Part shown: in pieces, positions 58,353 to 64,000 of the stretch | How positions within the stretch are numbered: the first letter of the stretch is position 1 | How the letters are laid out: each line of letters starts with the position of its first letter | Source of the DNA: Spirochaetia bacterium | GTDB taxonomy: Bacteria > Spirochaetota > Spirochaetia > SZUA-6 > Bin103 | Direction of reading: 5' to 3' | Assembly (NCBI GenBank): GCA_965208575.1 | Contig: CBDBOV010000004.1 | Span: forward strand, 192,001-256,000 | Length of the DNA stretch: 64,000 bases | Program-made: the position numbers and the translations under genes | The notes under the pieces: model-generated | Seen by the model: the letters and a program-made list of their open reading frames with translations, nothing else | Databases searched by the model: none | What the model was told of the DNA's origin: nothing

Positions 58353-58546
58353 GTCGAGCACCTCCTGTACGAGGTGCCGGAACTGTCGGCGGGGGTTGCA
58401 CAAATCGCCGAGTTGTGAGGCGCTACCCCCGCTCCCGGCGGGGGCCATGAAGGGCGTGGTAGCCACGGTGCGGGCTGCGGATCCGGCACGGGCTGCGCGC
58501 CACGGTGGCCACACCGCGCGGCACGGTCCAGTTGACCTGGTCCGGC
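58353..58546 (+). pseudogene. Decayed, internally deleted copy of the VOC gene
   Basis: Matches VOC ~56545-56656 joined to ~57121-57200; in-frame TGA; last 50 bp are 47/50 identical to 57147-57196. Confidence 0.88.
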
Positions 58547-58547
58547 G

Positions 58548-59693
58548 CTACTCGGAACACGTCGTATCGAAGGTAGCCGTTCCGTCGATCATGAGATACA
58601 GCAGATCGGTCAGTTCGCACGACTGGCCCCCAACGGACACACTCGAGCCGAATACCGGAAGCCGGCCAGATGCGGAATCCGGGTAGACGCGCACGTCGCC
58701 CCTCCCGGCGATGCGCACCCGCAGAGAAACGCGCCGGATCCTCGGTTCCCGCCACCGGGTGCTCACGCTGGCACAAGTCCTTGATGCGTTCCAAGGAGCC
58801 AAGTCCTCGAAGGTCTTGTAGGCAGGATGCGTCTTGTCGCACACCGCGTGCTCGTTACCGTCTGGCCCAGTGGCGATCGTGAACCACGGACTCTTGTGCA
58901 CAAACTGGCCCTCGGTGCAGTCCAGCAGGGGCTCAGGATCCATCGTGCGCACCGTGAAGACCGGCGACCATGCGCTGACTCTCACACCCGCTTCATAGTC
59001 GGCGCCTTCATACCTTGGGCGAACCCGGACCTGGTACTCCGTACCTGCCGTCAGCCCCCAAATGGTGTAGTTCGTTGTGATGAATCGCTTCTGCCCCACC
59101 TGGTACACCCGCATGCTCGTCGCCGGCGGGAACGGGTCGCCGGCGCGGGTCCAGGCCAGTTCGTACGTTGCGACGGGCCAGGGCGCGCTGGTCGCGCTCG
59201 GCCACGTCACCGTCATGGCGTTCCGTTTTTGCGGCATGCCGTCGTTAGTATGCCCCAGCCGAATCACCAGAGGTGGAGAGTAGTCCGCCGGTGGAGGCGT
59301 AGAGGCTGAATTTGGGGGAGGAGGGCGCCTGTGTGGATCGTCGTAGAACAACCTACTGCAGTATCGTGCCGGGACGCTCGGGCTGGCCGGCGTGCCGGAA
59401 GGTCCGCCGGTGGAGGGTGGCGGCGTTTGCGGCGCGCCGGCGGGAGGGCTGTCGCCGTCCGTCGGCTGGCTCGGGTCCGGCGTCTCTTCCTCGGGCGGCG
59501 TCTCGGGCTCGGGCTCGGGCGGCGTTTCTGTCTCGGGCGGCGTTGGCACCGGCTCCGGGAGCGGCGCTTCGGCGGCGGAGGTCGGGGCCCCTCCCCTCCC
59601 TGCGGTGGCCGCACTGCAGCCCGCCATCGACAGAGACAGGACCATTGCCACGGTCAGCGCCATGGCAAGTTGCCTGATGAGTGTGACGTTCAC
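58548..59693 (-). CDS. Lipoprotein with a Pro-rich linker and a fibronectin type III domain (copy B, paralog of copy A)
   Basis: Lipobox-like SMAGC; YTIWGLTAGTEYQVRVRP...SAWS; shared C-terminus CELTDLLYL..DG.ATFDT.C.E. Confidence 0.8.
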   Translation of the reverse strand: MNVTLIRQLAMALTVAMVLSLSMAGCSAATAGRGGAPTSAAEAPLPEPVPTPPETETPPEPEPETPPEEETPDPSQPTDGDSPPAGAPQTPPPSTGGPSGTPASPSVPARYCSRLFYDDPHRRPPPPNSASTPPPADYSPPLVIRLGHTNDGMPQKRNAMTVTWPSATSAPWPVATYELAWTRAGDPFPPATSMRVYQVGQKRFITTNYTIWGLTAGTEYQVRVRPRYEGADYEAGVRVSAWSPVFTVRTMDPEPLLDCTEGQFVHKSPWFTIATGPDGNEHAVCDKTHPAYKTFEDLAPWNASRTCASVSTRWREPRIRRVSLRVRIAGRGDVRVYPDSASGRLPVFGSSVSVGGQSCELTDLLYLMIDGTATFDTTCSE

Positions 59694-59812
59694 AGGGAGG
59701 AGTTTATACTGTCACGGAGCAAAACATCATGATACTACGCACTTGGTAGTATTCACTCCCCTGATGTGATGCAATGTTGACCGACGACCCAAACTCCACG
59801 ACATCGTGGAGG

Positions 59813-59862
59813 TGCGAGCCATGGTGGCCACGGCGCGCGGGGCGGCCGAGTGTGCCTGATCC
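59813..59862 (+). repeat. Third, degenerate copy of the VOC 3' end
   Basis: 39/50 ungapped identity to 57147-57196. Confidence 0.7.
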
Positions 59863-59938
59863 GCCACGCTCGTGGCGTGCGCCGCGCTGGCGATCCGGCA
59901 GCGCGCGGTTGCGTTGAGCTGTGCTGGCGCCCCGAACC

Positions 59939-61078
59939 CTACAACGGCGCGGATCCGGGCGCGAGGTGGGCGTTGACCACGGTCTCGTCGAGCTCGACAC
60001 CGAGACCGGGTCCGCGCGGCACGACGAAGCGTCCGCTGTCGACCAGCGGTTCGGGGCTGCGCACCAGGTCCCAGCGCCACGCGACTTGGTCGGAGTGATA
60101 CGGCAGCTCCATGCTGTTCAAGTTGCGCACCGCCGCGCATACGTGCGCGCTGGCAACGAGGCCCAGGGGCGAGGTGATGTTGTGAGCCGCGAACGGCAGG
60201 TAGTAGAGGTCCGCGAGATCGGCGATCCTCTTGGCTTCCGACATGCCTCCGGTGGCGGCGACATCCACGTGCAGCAGGTCGCACGCCTGTTGTTCGATCA
60301 GGTCGCGAAATCCGTCGCACCGGTAGCGCCACTCTCCGGTGCACACCGGAATCGGGGTGCTGCGCGTGACTTTCGCCAGAGCGGCGACGTTTTCCGGGGG
60401 CACCGGGTCTTCGAGGAACATGAGCCGAAACGGGGCCAGCCGTTCGGCCAGCAGCAGCACGTCGCGCACCTGGTACATGCCGTGACAATCGATCGCCAGG
60501 TCGACACCGTCCCCGGCCCCCTCGCGCGCCGCCGCCACCAGCGCCGTCATGCGCTCCAGTTCCGCCAGGCTCAGTCCGCGCGCCAGCAGGTCGTGGCTCA
60601 ATTCGTCGGCCGAGTGGTCTATGTCGAACTTGAGGGCATCGAAACCTTCGGCGGCGGCCTCGCGGGCGCGCGCCGCCCAGCTCGCCGGCGTGTTTTCCAT
60701 GGCGATGCCGCGGCCCACGTCCGCATAGAGGCGAATTCGGTCGCGGTACGCACCGCCGAGCAGTCGACAAGCCGGCACGCCGAGCGCCTTGCCGGCAAGA
60801 TCCCACAGCGCGGTTTCCACTCCGCCGATCGCTCCTACCAGCATGCCGCCGGCCGAATCTCCGGTGCTCGACGCCAGCATCCGCCGATGCAGCGGCTCCA
60901 CGTTGCGCGCGTCCGCGCCGATCAACATGGGCGCCAGGCGGCGCTCGATCAGGTCGCTGATGCCCGCTCCCGGGTGCGCTTCTCCGGTCCCGGTAATGCC
61001 GGAGTCGGTCTCCAGCCGCACGTAGTTCCAAATCTTGGAACCTGCTACCGAAACCGTCTTCAGTGACGTAATGGTCAT
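59939..61078 (-). CDS. Mandelate racemase / muconate lactonizing enzyme family protein (acid-sugar dehydratase-like)
   Basis: ETALWDLAGK, LLGG..RDRIRLY, LKFD, AIDCHG, FLEDP, TGE, AAHN. Confidence 0.92.
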   Translation of the reverse strand: MTITSLKTVSVAGSKIWNYVRLETDSGITGTGEAHPGAGISDLIERRLAPMLIGADARNVEPLHRRMLASSTGDSAGGMLVGAIGGVETALWDLAGKALGVPACRLLGGAYRDRIRLYADVGRGIAMENTPASWAARAREAAAEGFDALKFDIDHSADELSHDLLARGLSLAELERMTALVAAAREGAGDGVDLAIDCHGMYQVRDVLLLAERLAPFRLMFLEDPVPPENVAALAKVTRSTPIPVCTGEWRYRCDGFRDLIEQQACDLLHVDVAATGGMSEAKRIADLADLYYLPFAAHNITSPLGLVASAHVCAAVRNLNSMELPYHSDQVAWRWDLVRSPEPLVDSGRFVVPRGPGLGVELDETVVNAHLAPGSAPL

Positions 61079-61336
61079 GATCGATTTATATCCGAGAGCG
61101 CCTAGTGGCGCAATGTTGGACGATGTTTTTTCCGCTAGCGGGGTCTTGACGTACTCGTGAGATGACGATAATGGTACGGAAATCTCGCATTCTCGGCAGC
61201 ATCGTCGGCTGACGGGGTTGGCCGACGCCGCACTTGACCCGAGGGAATGCGTGCTACATTATTTGGTTACCGGTGGCTACGGCGCGGTGCAATATGAGCG
61301 CCCGCACGAGCAACCTGAACCTGACAGGAGGATGTC

Positions 61337-61594
61337 ATGCCAAGATTCTCGATTCTTCGGACGAAGGAAGTCAAGGAGAAAGGCGTTTCGAAAAAGCTGG
61401 TCGAAAAGTACGAGAAGTATGTCCAGCGCGTTGTCAACGAGGGACCCGGACAGTTGACGTTCGCAGAGTCCGAGGACATGTCCCAGGCCAGAGAAGCCCT
61501 CAAGGCCGCAGCGGAAAACCTGGGGGTAGATCTGATTGCCCGTCGTCCGCGCGGCGACAAAGACCGCCTGGTGCTGCGCCTGCGAAACGGCTGA
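61337..61594 (+). CDS. Small Lys/Glu/Arg-rich hypothetical protein
   Basis: AGGAGG SD; 85 aa; sits alone in an intergenic gap. Confidence 0.7.
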   Translation: MPRFSILRTKEVKEKGVSKKLVEKYEKYVQRVVNEGPGQLTFAESEDMSQAREALKAAAENLGVDLIARRPRGDKDRLVLRLRNG

Positions 61595-61899
61595 TTTTTC
61601 ATTACAGCCGCCCCTGAGGCGGTGCGAGCAACCGCGGCCGACCAGATAAGAATGCCGGGCACCCGGTGTCCGCCGGGCGCCGGCCGCGGTCGTTCGCCAC
61701 CCCGACCCGCTCCACGTGCGGCCGCCTGCCGCCCCGGTGCGGTCCCAGCTCCCCGGTGGCATTTCACCGCTTATGGGAAGATTGGTTGCCGCAGTCACGA
61801 CTCGATGCGTAAGCTGGTCCCGCGTATACACCGTTGCAGCGCCCTCAGTGGGGCGTGAACAACGATGACGGCTCCACCGCACACGCCGGGAGGTGTCTT

Positions 61900-62619
61900 G
61901 TGATTTCAGTGGACAAGGTGACCAAAGTGTATCGCAGCGGCAGCACCGAGGTCGCGGCTCTGCGCGGCGTCAGTCTGCGGGTGGATGGCGGCGCGTTTCT
62001 GGCGATTGCCGGCCCCTCCGGTTCCGGCAAGACGACTCTGCTCAATCTGATTGGCTGTCTGGACACGGCGACCAGCGGCGAGGTGGTGATCGGCGGCGAG
62101 CGCGTATCGGACCTGAACCGCAAACAGCTTGCCCTGTTTCGCCGCCATCGTCTCGGATTCATCTTTCAGTCGTTCAATCTCATCCCGGTACTCACCGCCT
62201 ACGAGAATGTCTCGTTTGCGCTGTCGCTGGTCACCCGCGACCCAAAGCAGGTGCGTGACCGCACCCTGGCGATGCTCGGCGACGTCGGGTTGGGCGACAT
62301 GGCCGACCGTCGCCCGGGCGAGCTGTCGGGCGGGCAGCAGCAACGGGTGGCGATCGCGCGCGCGCTGGTGAAGGACCCGGACATCGTGCTGGCCGACGAA
62401 CCCACCGCCAACGTCGACTCGGAGATCGGCGAGGGGTTGCTGGACCTGATGCGCACGCTCAATCGCCGCCGCGCCACCACCTTCCTGTTCTCCACCCACG
62501 ATGCCATGGTCATGAATTACGCTGAGCGGTTGGTGAGATTGCAGGACGGCCGGATTGTCGGCGATGAGACGCGCACCGGCGAGGACCGCGCGCCGGCTGC
62601 CGCGGACGCCCTCCGGTAG
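61900..62619 (+). CDS. ABC transporter ATP-binding protein (LolD/MacB-like)
   Basis: GPSGSGKTT, FIFQSFNL, LSGGQQQRVAIAR, LADEPT, STHD; GGAGG SD. Confidence 0.93.
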   Translation: MISVDKVTKVYRSGSTEVAALRGVSLRVDGGAFLAIAGPSGSGKTTLLNLIGCLDTATSGEVVIGGERVSDLNRKQLALFRRHRLGFIFQSFNLIPVLTAYENVSFALSLVTRDPKQVRDRTLAMLGDVGLGDMADRRPGELSGGQQQRVAIARALVKDPDIVLADEPTANVDSEIGEGLLDLMRTLNRRRATTFLFSTHDAMVMNYAERLVRLQDGRIVGDETRTGEDRAPAAADALR

Positions 62620-62627
62620 GATCGGCG

Positions 62628-63967
62628 ATGGCTTCACTTTCGTCGAACGCGGTGACCGCCGCCCCGGCGTCTCCGGCGAAGTCGCCCGGGCGTGGTGACG
62701 CGAAGTTTCTGCTCCGGCTGGCGTGGCGGAATCTGAGCCGGCACCGGCGCCGTACCGTCATTACCACGATAGCCCTGGGGTTCAGCGTCGCCGTGCTGAT
62801 TTTCATGGACTCCATGCTGGGAGGCATCGACCAGGAGTCTCAGCGCAATCTTGTCTGGTATGAGACCGGCTCCGGCAAGGTGGTGACGAGCGCCCAGTTG
62901 GAGGACTTGGACCAGGTGGCGCTGAAGCACGAACTGGTCGATTATGTGCCGATCACGAACGCGCTGTCCGAACTCGGCATCGCCAATACCCCCCGCATCA
63001 GCTTTGTCGGCGAGTTGTTCTTCGGCGAGGGGTCGTTGCCGATTCGGTTTGTCGGCATCGATCCGGATACGGACGAGGAGGTGTTCCGGCTGCGTGACGC
63101 CTTGTTGCCGGGCAGCTCATACGTGGAAGCGGGTATACCGGGCTCGTTCTGGGCTCCTGGACGACCGACGACCTGGGACTCTCGGTTGGTGACTTCGTCG
63201 AGGTTCGGACCCGCACCCGGCATGGAGCGATGCAGGTGTTGGAGCTGGAGCTGGTGGGCATCCTGCTCAGTGCCAATCCGACCGTCAACCGGGGAGTGGG
63301 CTACTTGCCGCTCGACATCGCCCAATACGACCTGGACATGGAGGGGGTGACCGAGATTGCGCTCGGCGCGTTGCCCTCCGTGCTTGGGCGCACCATAGCA
63401 GTTCCCGGCGGCGCCTTCCTGAGCCGCGAGATAGAGCGTTTGAACGGGCAGCTTGGAGCACGGTTTTCCGACGTGGCGGCGGTCGGGTGGCCACAGATCG
63501 CGCGTGACTATCTGGCGTTGATGGAGTCCAAGAGTTCAAGCAACGCCATGCTGCTGTTTCTCATATTTCTGATCGCCGCCGTCGGTATTTCAAACACCAT
63601 GTTGATCGCGGTGTTCGAGAGAATCCGTGAGTTCGGCATGATGCGCGCCCTTGGTATGGACGACGCGGCGATCCGGGCGACGATGGTGTTCGAGGCGGGC
63701 ATTATCGGACTGCTCGGGTCATTGACGGGTCTCGTCCTGGGTGCAGCCTCGACCTTCTGGCTGGTCAATTGGGGAATCGACGTGAGCGGACTGTACGGCG
63801 ACGTGAGTATCGGCTACCGCGTCACCGGGGAGTTCCGCGGCGCCTGGAATCCCGGCACCATGGCGACCGCGGTTGTGTTCGGCGTGCTTGCCAGCATGGC
63901 TATTGCCCTGCTGCCGGCGCGCCGCGCGCTGCGTCTCGACGTGGTGCAGTGCCTTCGTCATGAATGA
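62628..63967 (+). CDS. ABC transporter permease (LolC/E-FtsX-like); one frameshift (missing G at 63140-63142)
   Basis: LAWRNLSRHRRRT N-terminus; ISNTMLIAVFERIREFGMMRALGM and PARRA C-terminus in the second frame. Confidence 0.85.
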
Positions 63968-63991
63968 CGGAGTTCGTCATGAATGACGGAG
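63954..63991 (+). repeat. Perfect 19-bp tandem duplication covering the permease stop codon
   Basis: TTCGTCATGAATGACGGAG x2. Confidence 0.85.
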
Positions 63992-64000
63992 TGCGCCATG

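Noticed and set aside
61595-61899. Riboswitch or ncRNA upstream of the ABC exporter
   Set aside because: Only generic GC hairpins; no recognisable consensus. An Rfam scan would be needed.
63135-63145. Programmed frameshift or phase variation in the ABC permease
   Set aside because: One missing G in a 3-G run, too short for phase variation and typical of homopolymer error.

Overview
High-GC bacterial chromosome segment, most likely from a member of Spirochaetia. This is inferred from the ~900-aa GreA and the gene orders lptF-lptG-tgt-murJ, scpA-scpB-rluB-cmk-rpsA-TPR and divergent deacetylase-tsaD. The first ~21 kb is housekeeping. The rest is accessory: three PhyH-type dioxygenases, two Gfo/Idh/MocA enzymes, AGE epimerase, sterol desaturase, GH32, an enolase-superfamily enzyme, ABC transporters and tRNA-Thr(CGT), with several decayed genes. 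Notable items: (i) a tandem array of two diverged FN3-domain lipoprotein cassettes bounded by three copies of a VOC-gene 3' end; (ii) a decaying defence-like islet (Cys-rich hypothetical, possible DUF499 relic, SWIM-SNF2 helicase with MNT/HEPN-like tail, AlbA_2/HATPase gene); (iii) a homolog of the mainly eukaryotic C11orf54/DUF1907 enzyme next to a PanE-like reductase; (iv) a complete IS1634-family element with a 6-bp target duplication inside a sugar ABC operon; (v) a GH32 lacking its acid/base Glu; (vi) a recurring leaderless-type promoter layout. All family assignments come from motif recognition by eye, not database searches.
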